Positions 1-13,523 of a DNA stretch of 64,000 nt are shown one piece after another. The position numbers were made by a program, and so were the translations under genes. Under the pieces are notes generated by a model. It did not search any database and had not been told where the DNA came from. It worked only from the letters and a program-made list of their open reading frames with translations. Positions within the stretch are counted from its first letter, which is position 1; each line of letters begins with the position of its first letter. Source of the stretch: Botryllus schlosseri (taxonomy: Eukaryota); the NCBI GenBank assembly GCA_051294905.1, contig CM119372.1, forward strand, positions 29,328,001 to 29,392,000, read 5' to 3'.

Positions 1-283
1 TGGGTTGTTGTAATGCAGAATGAATGAGTTTTCGGTGAACTTGGCTTCAGTGATTCTTTATTATCGTTCAATCAGAAGCTCTTTTCGACCCATAAAATTA
101 CACTGGTAAACAAATTGAAAAACCCACTCCAAATACCATGTTGGAACAGAGGCAGAGATGTTTTTAAATGGTATCGAGTCTTTTTGTTTGTGTTTTGCAA
201 TATTAAACGCCAATTCTATATACAAAAAGCTTTACATTTTAGGCGGTTTCTGATTTGCCGTATTATTTTAATATGAACTTGAG

Positions 284-1132
284 CAGTGGTTTTCAACATT
301 TTTGTATTCGCGGACCCATTTTGGACCGTCACGAACCCCCGCGGACCCCCCCCTCACCCACGAAGTTCAAGTTCCAATTTAGCTCAATTGTCGTACAATC
401 GTCATCTGTCATGTGCAAATGATAACTGTAAGCTAGTGATAAACAGCAACAAAATTATTTTTCTTGAAAATAACAGCATTCTATGTATGCAGAAATTGGG
501 TTGACTTTTATTATTTCAAAGCTAATTATTTAACTGCATTTTTTGAAATACGTGGTCGTGTCTTTAAAATCTGCGCCTTCGATTTCATATCAACGAGTGC
601 TGAAAATCCATTTAGACAAAGAAAGGTTGTGGCGAATGTAATAAAAGGGCATAAAGCTTCCGACGACACATTTGGGTATGATCGAAACAATGATGACACC
701 AAAATTGACAAACGATTTTTTTATTGAACATATAACGTCAAGCCTGTTAATTTATATCTAGCAGGTCACCTTGTAGTTATTAGGGAAAATGGTTATGTAG
801 GCCTATATCACAGGCGAAAAGGGATTTTTGCGAAAATTACGAAGTCTTCGAGATAGACTTTACTAATCCAGCCATTTTTTTTACACAATGCCCAACAAAA
901 CACGTTTATATAGCCAAATATATGTATCAGTGGGCTATTGGCAATTTAGCAACTAAAATGAGTGCACACAGCAGGATATTCCATCTCAGACGGCCTTCCT
1001 GTTGATGTGAGTTCTACTGCAATGAAGCAAAACTGCAGCCTCGTGATTTTCCTAATTTTAAAAATATAAATTAGGTTATCAACTATTTTGTTAAATTTAG
1101 AGGCTTCGCAGACCCCCGGTTGAGAACCACTT
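284..1132 (+). mobile_element. Non-autonomous hAT/Charlie-like MITE
   Basis: Ends CAGTGGTTTTCAAC / GTTGAGAACCACTT; degenerate 8-bp TSD aacttgag/gactagag; homologous in reverse orientation to 56722-58111. Confidence 0.75.
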
Positions 1133-3763
1133 GACTAGAGATTGTAAAAGTGATTGGTGTTGCTAAAGGTAGCACAAGTAACGCCCTATATTTTCTACTC
1201 AATTAACAGTATAAGTAGTAATTTCTAGGACACGGGAAAACTACTTCAAGTGGCAGAAATATCTAAGTATATTTGGTCGGGGGGAGGGTGGTTGCATACT
1301 TACGACAGTTAGTCGGAGGTGGCTACATACGAAATCGTAACATGTATCTTCTCGGCTAGCGCAAAATGTTTATAATAACACAATACCCATGCATTGGTAG
1401 AATATTCGAAAATATATTCAGTTACCATGCTTTAGGGGCTGTTAAGGCTACTATATTTAAGAAATAATACGCAGTCAACATCGTCGCGTAGCGGAGCTTT
1501 GTTTGGAATACATTCGTGTTAAAATGAATAACTGGGTGCAGTACAAAATTCAATGTGGGCAGATATCTCCATGATATTCCCATGTTGATTTACTATAGTC
1601 ACACAAAGCACTAAAACAAAACCCAATACATTTAATATCCCGTATTGCCAATCACAGATGGGAATTCGGATTGCGTCCATCTGATTCGAAGCACATGGTA
1701 AGAGCTCGACCGCGATGGCTGTTATAACAACCTTGGTTTGACCCCGAATATACCACATGCAAATAATATATATATATGCGATTGAAGGGCAAAATATTTC
1801 CAATAGTAAAATCTCAACCATGAAACAGCGACCGAACTTTGATCTCTTACCAGGACCGTAACTGCCGTATCCCAAATCATCCAAATGGGGGTCCCAAGCT
1901 CGAAGGGGACCCGGAATTATGCCAGCGAATGAACATAAATTATTTATACATCTCTTATTGACAATTTATGCAACTCTTTTCAATTTCTTTCGCGCTAGGC
2001 GGGATTTCCTGTTGCCAAATTTTTGTTTATTGAGTACCCTTCCCCCACGAAAAAAGCATGATTTATAGAAAATGAAAACAGGCATTTCGACTTCGACCAT
2101 TACCACGCTGCGATGCACACAAACATACGAAGTATTTGCCAATATAGTAATCTGAAAAGTGTGTCAATAGATTGCCTGCGAGAAGACCTTTGCCGAAAAG
2201 GATTGCCCTTATGTTGACCGTGAACTTCTAAATAAATATATTGGTATATATATATTGGTATATATAATAATATAAGTATATTGCAAAACAATTTGTTTAA
2301 AAAATATTTTAAACAAAAGCCATATTAAAAAAAATTGTATTTTTTCAAGTTATAAAATTTTGCCATAATTGTGTAAATACTCTCCAAAATCATGTTGTAT
2401 GAGCACACGGACAATTACCACCCAATTTAGCCGACGTATATCATTATGGGATGGATGGAAGTTGGAACCCTCAAAACAGTCGGTTCAACAGTTGTAGTAC
2501 AGATATTTCGTGAAAGAGGTTATATTTACCCTATATTTTCAATAGTCAATTTGAATCCATGACGTCACAATTGAATATTCGTGACGTCATGGCTTAAAAA
2601 CAAAAAAACATGTTTTAAATTAGGTACTTCTTTTAAACATGTTTGTTTTTAATCGATTTTCGTGTTAAATGCAACTCTAGCCTAAAGGGTGTGTGATACT
2701 ATCACTCTCGCAGAAATAAGCTCCAATGGGACACATTGAATCTCCAGTCTGATAGCCTTTTCTACACTTAACGCAAATTTCTGTTTCTTTTTGACTAAGC
2801 ACTATCTAAAAAACAAGCAAGGTAAATGAGACGGACCATAGTAAATAAACAATAACATAATGAAGTTATAACGAACAACGACAGCTCTACTTGCGTCCCC
2901 CCCACATCCCCCTGTCCTGCTCACTCTCACTCCCTGAAACAGATATATAAGTATATTTTTGTTTTCATTTACTCCTTTTGCATCTATATCCTGCTTTTCT
3001 GTTGATAATTCATTAGTTTCTAGCCTTTTGTTCATATTTTTATGTTAATTTTCCCCCAATTTTCATTTTTACCCCTTGGCACGTTTTTGGTCATAACTTT
3101 TTTTCCCAAAGTAAAAAAAGTGACAAAACCTATCATTGAAAAGCTGGTAAAATTATCTTTCCAGTGGTATATGATACGTCTTTATAAGAATTTTTTTCTA
3201 GGTTGACCCATTTTTGGACCAAATTCTACAGGACTAATATGCCACTTGAATATATTGTAGAATGCTTGAAATTCTAAAATGCCGTCGTGGGCCGCACAAA
3301 ATGTTCTCGGGGGCCGCGTGCTGGAGACCTCTGGTGTCGAGCATGTTTTTTTTCTTCATGCTGCCAGAGTCATTCGGAGATTTGTCATGAGTTGAAATGG
3401 AAAGAATTTTAACCATAGATGTTATATTGAGGTGAAAAATTGTAATCTCATGTGGCCCATTGGCCGAAAAGATTGTCCACCTCTGCTTTGGACTAAATCT
3501 AGAGTCGTCCAATACAGCAGTGCTTTTCAACCTTTTTGAGCTCCATTCGCACGTTTTTTTTTGTAAAATAAATTTCATTCGCACAAACTAATCGAAAATT
3601 ATTTTACGAAAAGAAGATGAAGATACTTAACAACATTTTGTTCAGATGTGCAACAAATTGGCTACTATTTAGCTGAAGATATCACGTGGCTCATTAGAAA
3701 GGCAACTTTTTTCACTCGTTTTGCTTTCAATTATTTCACTAAAACCCTTCTCGGCCAAACAAT

Positions 3764-5830
3764 CAGAGATGTCACTCCTGGGTTTTTCCACCCATATCTG
3801 GGTTTTTCGAGCATCACCTGGGTTTCTGGGTTTTTGTGCATGAAATCTGGGTTTTTTTCAACATCATGTTTGTCAGGTCAATTGTACGGCGCAAAATTGA
3901 TTATTAGATTAGTAAGATCTTATGATGTCGACGGATTCCACTGTGATTGAAACGGCAGAGTCTATAGAGACCCGTTTACCACTAAAATGAGAGGTCTTGG
4001 GCTTGATGCGATAGAGCTTCTTTGATTACTGAAAATAGGTCGCAGAAAGTAATGTTCACAGGGCAACTCTGGAGCAGTTGTTTGACAATTCAAAAAGATT
4101 TAGGACTCTAATGCCAGCGCTGCAACAAATTCGTTGTGTGTCAGTAAATAGTAGGGATGCTGTGAACCTCTGAAAGGTTCAGGTTCGTGTGAACGCGAAC
4201 CTTTTTGAAAGGTTCTGTGTGAACGCGAACGTGAACCCCGTGACGTCACGTGACGTCATATTGCTAATCTCAACCCTGCATTTCAGTGAAGACGTAACTT
4301 AAATTATGTACACGATGCCTTGCGACGACTCGTGCCACATAATGCCACAGTGCTGAAGTATACATGTTAACGTTTTAAACGTCGCCAAATGTATCAACTG
4401 GGGCAATCAAATGATAATCCCATAAAATCAATGTCTTCCATCGCTTTGTCAACAATTTCAACGATGACTTGCAAGATAACATAAGCTTACGCTCATCGGT
4501 TTAAGCAAGACTGGAAAATGTATTCGGCGTCCGAGTATTGCTACATTGATAGTGAGCACAGTGCAAAACGCGTTTCTATAATTGCTACCGATATTACCCC
4601 ATTGTCAAGTTATACAGCAGTATCCGACACCTCAATCGCACGGATTTGGTTTTTATGATACAATAATGATATGAAATCAAGATTAAATCCGTGCGCCTGC
4701 TAGATCTTTTACATCAGACAACGATGTCAATTTCATTGATTGGTTGTATAAGCATCATTCGGTGACTGCCTACATTTTTGTATTTCGTTCTTTATGTTGT
4801 GTTATTGCGGGTCAAGCTCACAGCAGAGAGTCACTAAATATTCACAAACGGAAAGCTAGATATTTCGAGCAAACTCTTGTAACAAAGCAAGTAAAATTTT
4901 TGTCATTGTCAAGGTGCATGCTGCATGCTCATTTAGTGCTGATTGATTTGTTTATACTGCCAGCGCCATGCATAGAGTGGCTCGCAGTTGAAATGCAATA
5001 AGTTTTAACCAAAGATGCTATAATGAAGTGACAATTGTAATATAGGAAAAAGGTTCACAGTGCAGAACCTACCAAGGCTCCTTTGTGAACCTGAACCTCT
5101 AAATTTCTGAGGTTCACACCCAGAACGCGAACGTGAACCTCACGTTCACACCATCCCTAGTAAATAGTATGTAACTGCTGTAAAGTATGCAATTAATGCT
5201 CGTGAAAAGACCAAATTTTGATCTAACTAATTTACCATGTTGACATCAGAGTGTATTCACTTTCAACAGGGACACTGAAGGAGAGACAGTTTGGGCACCC
5301 GGGCAAGTTAGAGGGAGATGGGTTTGTTAAATTCAAATGTACTCTTAATTTCATGATTTGGCAGTTTCTTTTTCGACCAAACATCCCAGATAAAAGTATT
5401 TGTCCCAGGTTTAATGAATCGGAAGCTATTTTTATTCTATCTGGTCAGCTCGCAGTCACTGGAACTACCCTAAAATCATCCTCACGATAGATGGGGATTA
5501 GGATTGTTACTAACATTACTAATATATAATACACTACGTATTGACCCCCCATACCGAATGCCTGGTAGCAATGTGTCGAGAGGAAAACATCATATTTCGA
5601 TGGATTTGCTCATTTAACTGAGCAACATGTATAGTATGAAAATGAACCGTTGGGATTTCAATATCAAGGGCTAAAACTTTTTCTATGTCCGTATACCTGT
5701 CATTGATGACTCTCAGTCACTGTTCTACAGCTATTTAATAGAAATTTGAGTGAAATACAGGATCTGTTTTTTTCTGGTTTTTTTAACGTCCAAATCTGGG
5801 ATTTTCCGAAATATCTCAGTGGCATCTCTG
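3764..5830. mobile_element. Non-autonomous hAT element, middle layer
   Basis: TIR CAGAGATGTCACT / AGTGGCATCTCTG; perfect 8-bp TSD caaacaat (3756-3763, 5831-5838); CTGGGTTTT subterminal repeats. Confidence 0.88.
4152..5159. mobile_element. hAT MITE, innermost layer (GTGAAC-repeat family)
   Basis: TIR TAGGGATG / CATCCCTA; perfect TSD gtaaatag (4144-4151, 5160-5167); inverted paralog at 60409-61337. Confidence 0.9.
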
Positions 5831-8800
5831 CAAACAATGTTGTTTGGTAATTTGTTCAAGAACGTCTACTAGTGCTTGCATGGCCAGATCTTAAAATCTG
5901 TTCTGCATTACTATCCAAAATATAGCGTATTTTGGTGAGTGAAAAATGAGGCTTCTGCCTTATATCTTGGAACATAAGGTGCAAAATGATCAAGGAGAGT
6001 AGGCACATTAGAGCTCGCTACCTTATGATACATTGCTCCAACTTCTGTCACGCGAGTTTATGAGAAGAGCAAACAAACTCAGGATACTTTGTATTCTACT
6101 CTTTAGCTCAAACTAACTTGAGAATTCATAACAGTTTAATTTCGGTAAAGCAGCTTTTAAACTCCACCTAAATCTTAGTTTTTGTGGCATCTCGCGACCG
6201 GATGCCTTACCCATGAAGAGGAATCCATTTCACACCACAGTTCTACCCATCTCAGCTCTACAAAACATATCTGACGCACGCGATTTCCAATTAGGTCGAA
6301 TTAAATTCTCCCGCGTATCGCAGTTGTACTACTGTCTACTCAGATTGGAAGAGCGAGACTATTCCGTGCAGATAACGAAGCATATCCGATCCATCTCGAA
6401 AGGTTTGGCCATCCAGCTCCAGCATTGGTCATTTTTAGACCGAGGTTTTGTCGAGGCTTATGTTTGTGACACTGCATTTTATCAGCGGTTAGTTTGCCAA
6501 AACCCTACGTCTTCATATGCCCCGACGTAGAAGGGGTTGGCCTCGAAATGAATGAGTCTCATACGCCTGAACTCGCTCGTTGCACACCCTTGCACTAGTT
6601 CATCCCACGGTCTTCGACCATGTTTTCTACAAGAAAAAAAAAGTTGGACAAATCTTATCATGAATTCTCATGATAAACCCATATTTTCTGCATGTCTTGC
6701 TTATTGGCTACAGTACCCAACACAGTGACCTTGGATATGCAAAAACTATCCCAGGATTTTCAGCATTAGATTCGATAAATATTACATACATATTAACAGA
6801 TAGCTCTGGCACCGTGCCGACTCAAAATTATACCCCTTGCGGTCCATACTTCAATAACCCTTGAAGGTGTCGAAATTTGCGTTACAGTAACTTGCAAATG
6901 TGAGGCTGTAATGATGGCATTTACTACTATCTTTTTCATCTTTTTCATCCTGTCGCAGGCTCGGACGGGCTGCTATACTGTATGTCTGCCACTACACCAG
7001 CTTCCAAACCAGGCTTTTGGTTTCGTAATAATTATAGTGCGAGAATATTAATTAACCAAGGCTTGTGGAAGTTACGATTAGTGGTGCGTCGTATATCAAG
7101 TTTTTACAATTGCGTCGCAACTACAAAAGTTACACTGACCTTTAATTTCCTATTAAGTTTATTTGAATTATTCCACGTCAGAAAAATTAACAATTATTCA
7201 CGATTTTCATTCGCACTTGATCCGGATTTTCATTCGCACCATTCGCACCACCTTCGTCATTCGCGCTGCAATTTTTCTCATTCGCACAAGGGTGAACCGT
7301 CACACCGGTTGAAAAGCACTGCAATACCGTAAATAGAAAGAGCTTATCTCTTGTTTGGTAACTCAGTCAAATGTAGAGTTTAATTGATATGTTATGGTGC
7401 AAAGGCAAACTTGCACATAAATATTTGACACTCAACATGTTAATATTTTGACATTTGGCACACTAGATATGAACAGTTGTCGACTACTGATGTAGACCAG
7501 GTTTTCTGATGACGTAATAGGCTACATGCGTTGGCATCCATTTTAGATGGCGACGAGCTGATTGCAAAAGTAATAAATAATACGTTGGCGGTCAGATGAG
7601 GATATCTAATTATTTAATCCGTGTCTGCGTCATTGGGAAGACAACATGCCTATTTTTTAACGTAGAGTCATCGGATTCCGACCACGTTGGCCGTGAGCTT
7701 CGTGAAGTATAGCCTAATATTTCAGTCCTGGTACAAAGTTTAATGCATTGCCTTCGTGTTTACAATACCTTGTTCTTGCAATACCGCAAACACAGCAGAT
7801 AAGTTGAGTCGCCTATCATGCCTTGTCACGGGAATCTGACAGACGTCGATTAGCAATGTTCCTATTGTAAGTGCGTTGAAGTACTATAACAAACACGTAT
7901 CGCAGTGCCATGGTAAAATTAAACATTGTAATTTGAGGGAACGCATCAGCTGTTAGACGAAAAGCCTCCAAAGATATAAATCGAGTCATGAACTATTGCA
8001 CTGTCAATCTTCTTCAATATCTGAGCATAATGCGCTGTTATTCTTTGTTCAAATAATATATGGTGACGTTACTACGTGTCTGTTCTGGAATTGAGGACCT
8101 TCGGTGGAATACTTGCAATCGACCTTATACGTGGGGTTCTGGTTTAAATCAGGCTGATCCTTTTCATTAACGATTCGGTTGAGCAGGGCATTTGTCCAGT
8201 TCGCATATCAGCAACGTTCAATCTGAGTTTACCTTGGCAGCACAACCAGACGTTTGACTACACGATCGGGTAGACATATAAGCCTGCTATTAGAAAAAGT
8301 TTCCATCAAAGCATGGTGCTGGTGCTTGTCGTTGTTCTTTTTCAAACTAGTGGTGCATGTTGGTAACCAGACTCATCGTACAGTAGTGATTTACCCTCTC
8401 ATACTGACTACAGAACAGACCTGGGCATTTTACTACCCGATGACCAAATCCGCGACGCGATCCCGACTGACCCCCGAAAAGTTTCTTGGAATTAATAACA
8501 CAAAAACTGCTTTTGAATGATATTCTGAAATGCGATTACTTTGAAATCCGTATAATTCAGATCAAAAACATCGTCAATATAAAAAGGTATGACATGACAA
8601 TTGAAGTCACAAGTCACTGTTTCCAAATAGTATATTGCTTCGAATTCCAACAAATCCAAATTTCCAATTCGCAAAACAACTCAATCAGTGTATGTTATTA
8701 CCAGTAAGCATCACCCATAACCGATGGACGGCCATGTCAATAACAGAGAGTTGAGGACTGCCGGCCGGAATTTCAAGAAAATTTGCAGAACAAAGTATCT

Positions 8801-9152
8801 GTTTACTGAAGTCAGAGGTCAACCCGTCTTTTTAGTTTCGGTGAGCGGGCGCATGTCGCCGTGTTCAAAAAGTATAATTTGTGTCGGCAATATCAGAAAG
8901 AACACGCAGACAGACACTCAGCTGAGGCTGAGAGAGCGCGAATCTCGCTAGACCTGATAGTAAAGCAACAAGTCTATTTTATTAAGCTACACAGTGATAG
9001 GGATGGAGCGTACAAGACCAGCTTCGAAATATCCCAAATAAAAGAGTTTACCATTGTTGCGAATAGAGACGGCATTTAAATATTAAGTTTTGTTAATAAA
9101 CCCTCACTTTCTCACTACCTAATATCAACACATCCACTGAGCGGCATCAATC

Positions 9153-10836
9153 TATAGATAACTAACCTACGGATAGATGGGCAACACGTGACTCACGGTC
9201 GAGTGATGCGACAAGGGCAGATTTGTTGTCGCTTTATACCATGAAACGGGAGCGTAATTGTTAATCCCATAGATTACGACCCGAGCGCTCAAATTGAATA
9301 AAGTTTATCTTATTTGAAAGCTACAGTCTCACTGATTCTGATAATATACATTATACTTTCATCAAGACAATGGAACCACCCCGAAATAGCCTTCAAAATA
9401 TGAAAATCGGTATTGTTCTAAACAATCGCAACCACGCACGGACCGTTGTTATGGTCATTGTGCTGCGCCGTAGCAATTGTTTGGAACAATGCCGATTTTC
9501 AGACTTTGAAGGCTATTTCGGGGTGGTTCCATTCAGTGGTGCCACTCCTAGTGTTTTAACACTAGATCTAGTGTTTTTTCGGTCGTCCTAGTGTTCTAGT
9601 GTTTTTTTTCGCACAATTTTGCTAATCTAGTGTTTTTTCTGCAATTGTGCGAACAAGGAATATTCTAACTTTAGACTACTAAATTATACGATAATAAGGC
9701 GATTTGGTGTGTCTGGCTGTGTTTGTTTTCAACAATTCTATGTGATAGTGCAGTAACAAGCAATTATTACGTAACAGGGTGCGCTGTGAATCCGTACTTA
9801 TAAGCGAAAGTCTCGGAGAAAATGAGCGATTTCGCTCTAATGCTCCGTCGTTTTTGTTCAACTCACTCTGCAGATTCGGGCAAGATTTTCATTTGCCGAG
9901 GACAGTATACTTTCGTACTTGAGTGTATTGAATCCGTTAACAGCCTTGTCAACACAAAGAAAAATAAAATCAATTGTTCCTCTAGCTGTGCAGTTTTCCT
10001 CTGTGATATTATTTGATGATTTGTCGGAAGAATGGGCTGCTTTGGCAAGTTCGCAAAATGAGCTGCAGGTTATCAGTCCATGCCCTCCAACGGAATTTTG
10101 GCAAAAATTGAATTATGTGCGCAATGGATTCGGTGAATCAAAATTCCCTATAGGCTACTGGGGAAGCTCATGACGAATCTCCTGGCATTGCCACATTCCA
10201 CTGCATGCATGGTAAAGAAGTATGCTGCACGTGGACACCTCCTCATTGTTTGGTTGAAGATATACGGTAGTGAGAAAGATGCCACACAAAGATACTTATG
10301 TTTGATCGATGGTGTAAAATCGAAAGATAATTTTTATGATGCAGTACAATTCGAAAGTGACAATATTTGATTTTTTCTTACTCTGTTGAATTCGTTTCAT
10401 TTTTCGTTGAATAATCATGCAGTATATCATACATATGTATCGAATTCAAGTGTGGAATACTTCTTATCTACGGATTTGTACCTTGGTCATCATGATTACT
10501 TGGCAACGGTAAATTTTTCCTGCAATTTACTAATCTAGTGTTTTTTTCGTCAATCTAGTGTTTTTTCGCAACACAATCTTGTGTTTTTCCAGGAACCTAG
10601 AGTGGCAACACTGGTTCCATTGCCTTGATGAAAATTTAATGTATATCTCAGAATCAGTGCGACTGTAGCTTTCAAATAAGATCAACTTTATTCAATCTGA
10701 GCGCTCGGGTCGTCATCTATGGGATTAGCAATTACGCTCCCGTTTCATGCTATGAAGCGACAACAAATCTGCCGTTGTCGCATCACTCGACCGTGAGTCA
10801 CGTGTTGCCCATCTATGCGTAGGTTAGTTATCTATA
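9153..10836. mobile_element. Fold-back (almost fully palindromic) MITE of ~600 bp, interrupted by a hAT element
   Basis: 9153-~9430 pairs with 9475-9533 + 10622-10836; ends TATAGATAACTAACCTAC / GTAGGTTAGTTATCTATA. Confidence 0.85.
9534..10613 (+). mobile_element. Non-autonomous hAT element with decayed transposase C-terminus
   Basis: TIR CAGTGGTGCCACTC / GAGTGGCAACACTG; perfect TSD gttccatt; CTAGTGTTTT repeats; internal EFWQ...KFP...LLALPHSTA resembles the hAT dimerisation domain. Confidence 0.88.
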
Positions 10837-10907
10837 ATCGATCAACAATGTAATAAACTGCTTACGACGCAGAGTATCCCTTCGGGAAAATAATTGCAAG
10901 TCCCTTC

Positions 10908-11173
10908 TGTTTTTGTTGTTGTTGTTTATGATATTCATGGTGTTTCGACTACGTCTGTCATTTTACACCAAGCTGATATTCCTCACTGTGATTCCGTAAC
11001 ACCGACTTCTAGCACGGCCCAATTTCATGCTTTTTTAAAACAAGCGGATCACGTGGCGAGGACCCTAGATAAACCTCCAACACTTGTGAATGAATTCTTG
11101 AGTCGACCTCGAACCCATAGCCCATCGGTGATGCAGCTGTGGGACGTACCACTACTCGCCACGGGCAAGCCCC
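10908..11173 (-). mobile_element. tRNA-derived SINE, apparently full length
   Basis: Minus-strand head with A-box-like TGGCGAGTAGTGG and B-box-like GGTTCGAG; body shared with copies at 11683-20310 and 41245-41383; (CAA)n-like tail. Confidence 0.75.
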
Positions 11174-11775
11174 TGCTCTAGAACAACGAATATGGAATGT
11201 CTACCAACTATACGCGACTATACAAGTGCTAGAAAACTCGTTACGATGATATGCTTGTGATGTAATATTGAATACCGAGGGTCACGAGTTCATCATTTCT
11301 TCTGTCAATATGATACTTCGAACTATTTCTTCTTCAGTTTAATCCATAATCCTTGCAAAACTCATTTCATGCCATTGTCAATAATCCTTGTATAGCACTA
11401 AAAAGTTGAGTAATCGTCACATTACCAAGCAAATGAATACAACGCAATCCACTACGATTACTTTGAGTTTATTTTCAATGCAATCGGATGCGATAACGAA
11501 TACTTGACAATATTGTTATTGACGTAATAGATAATGCATTACGGATGCAATCGCGAATACTCCATGTATGGATACTGGCAATGTATTTCGGTGTTCTCAC
11601 CCAGTTACCGGTGACTGGTCGTTAGTCTCAAAAGCAAATTGAGATTCGTGCTCGATTTCGGTTAATTTCCTGCTATTTCCCCGCATACGATGGGCCTACT
11701 CCTGAATTCCTTTTAAGTGTTGGAGGTTTATCTACGCTTCTCGCCACGTGATCCGAGTAAGCGGTGTCATATAAA

Positions 11776-13523
11776 AGTAGTATAGTAGATCGCTCTGGAG
11801 GTGGCAGGGGCTCTTATGGGTGCGGCGGTGATTCGCCTGGAAACTCGTGGTGGTGACTCGCCTTTTTAGACCCCCCTCTCGGCGGTGATTCGCCATGTGT
11901 TCTTATGGGTGCGGTCGTGATTCGCCCTTTTAGGTATAGCTCGTGGCGGTGACTCGCCGTGAAAACTCGTGGTGGTGAATCGCCTTTTTTAACATAGGCC
12001 GTGGTGGTGATTCGCCTGTCATGTATTCTTACGGGGTCTCTGGTGATTCGCCATGTGTTCTTACGGGTGCGGCCGTGAATCGCCAGACGTCATAGTTCAG
12101 GCATGACAAATGACCGATATCGCATTCTCTATTCTAACTCCAAGTCTTTTCGCGCTGCGCCTTGCGGGTGACATGTCGTACTTTCAGCAAAAAAGGTATG
12201 AAATAGTTTGCTAAATCTAGGAGTCACTCGGAAGGTAATATTTTGGTACTTAGTTTACCACAGAGCCGGCGTAGACGGCGATTCGAATATCAACAATAGC
12301 CGCGTTCACATACTAAAACTTCAAAAAGGTGTGAAATATTTGTAATATCCTAAGAACGCTCACAAGATACCACATCAGACAGCCATCTCTCGTGGTTTGG
12401 TGTTACAGAGGCAGGAATCACGCACAAGTAATATTTTGGTAATTAGTTTGTCACAGAGCAGGCGTAGACGGTGATTCCAATACCAACAATAACCGCGTTC
12501 ACATACTAACACTCCAAACAGGTATGAAATATATTACAAACCCCACGATCGCTCACAAGATAACACCTAAGACATAACCATTTCTCGCGTCTTTTTTGAC
12601 ACTTGCACGCGATCGCTATATGTTTTGACACTTCGGAACAGTCGTTGACTTTAGTTGCGTGATACAAATCATGAGAATCCTTTTAACGCGTTTCTGTTGA
12701 ATCGAACGTAACCTGAATATTACTGACGCCAACATCAGCCGCATCGAATTATTCACACATTCCACGCCGTCGTTTTCACACCTATAGAATCAATACCAAC
12801 TAGCTCAATGAGAATCAAGATACAAGTATGCACATACAATCATTGTATTTATTACTGAGAAATCAAACGCTTAACAAAAAACACGCAACTAATCATTTGT
12901 CAACTCTAGCATTACCAAAAAATTCAGGTATTGTGGATTAAAAATCCTTGAGTCCTGGTCATCAAAAATGTTATAGTGCGGTGTCGGAATCCATTCGCAG
13001 GATGTACTAAAGGTAAATTCAGATAATCCAAAATGAAATATCTCGACTTTGACATAGTCTGAATTGAAATAGATTGACAAACATAACTACCAACTTTCAC
13101 CCAGTCACATTTCGAGATTATACGCACATTGATTTGAAACAAGTAATGAAACATTACAACTCTATTCGCGCTCCGGCTTTCCGTTTGCCAAAGAGACATT
13201 TTAACATCTTACCATACTCAAAAGAATTATTCACAACATTAACCGGTGTTAAAAATCTAGTTTTTACTTACTTGACTATATCACTACAACTCGCAAACTT
13301 GAATTAATTCATCCTGATTGTATTCATATGACCGATAATTTTTATTCGAATGTAAAAGTCGTTACTAATCTATAACACAAAGTAATCACTACTCGGTGCA
13401 TACGACGAGATTTGAATACTCAGTCTATGATAGCAATTCGCGCAAGTGAATCCAAGACATCGGGCTGTGAGAAAATCTTCACGGGCGTTGTTATTACCAC
13501 ATTGACTTACTACCTTATCCGAC
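11776..13523 (+). repeat. Left terminal inverted repeat (1748 bp)
   Basis: Reverse complement of 18008-19730 apart from about six substitutions seen by eye and one 25-bp indel. Confidence 0.95.

Larger units (their letters stand above)
3518..7321. mobile_element. Non-autonomous hAT/Charlie-like element, outer layer of a triple nest
   Basis: TIR CAGTGCTTTTCAACC / GGTTGAAAAGCACTG; TSD caatacag/caataccg (7/8); subterminal ATTCGCAC repeats at both ends. Confidence 0.8.

Noticed and set aside
11095..11173. tRNA gene
   Set aside because: No convincing cloverleaf or acceptor stem; continues into a repeated SINE body
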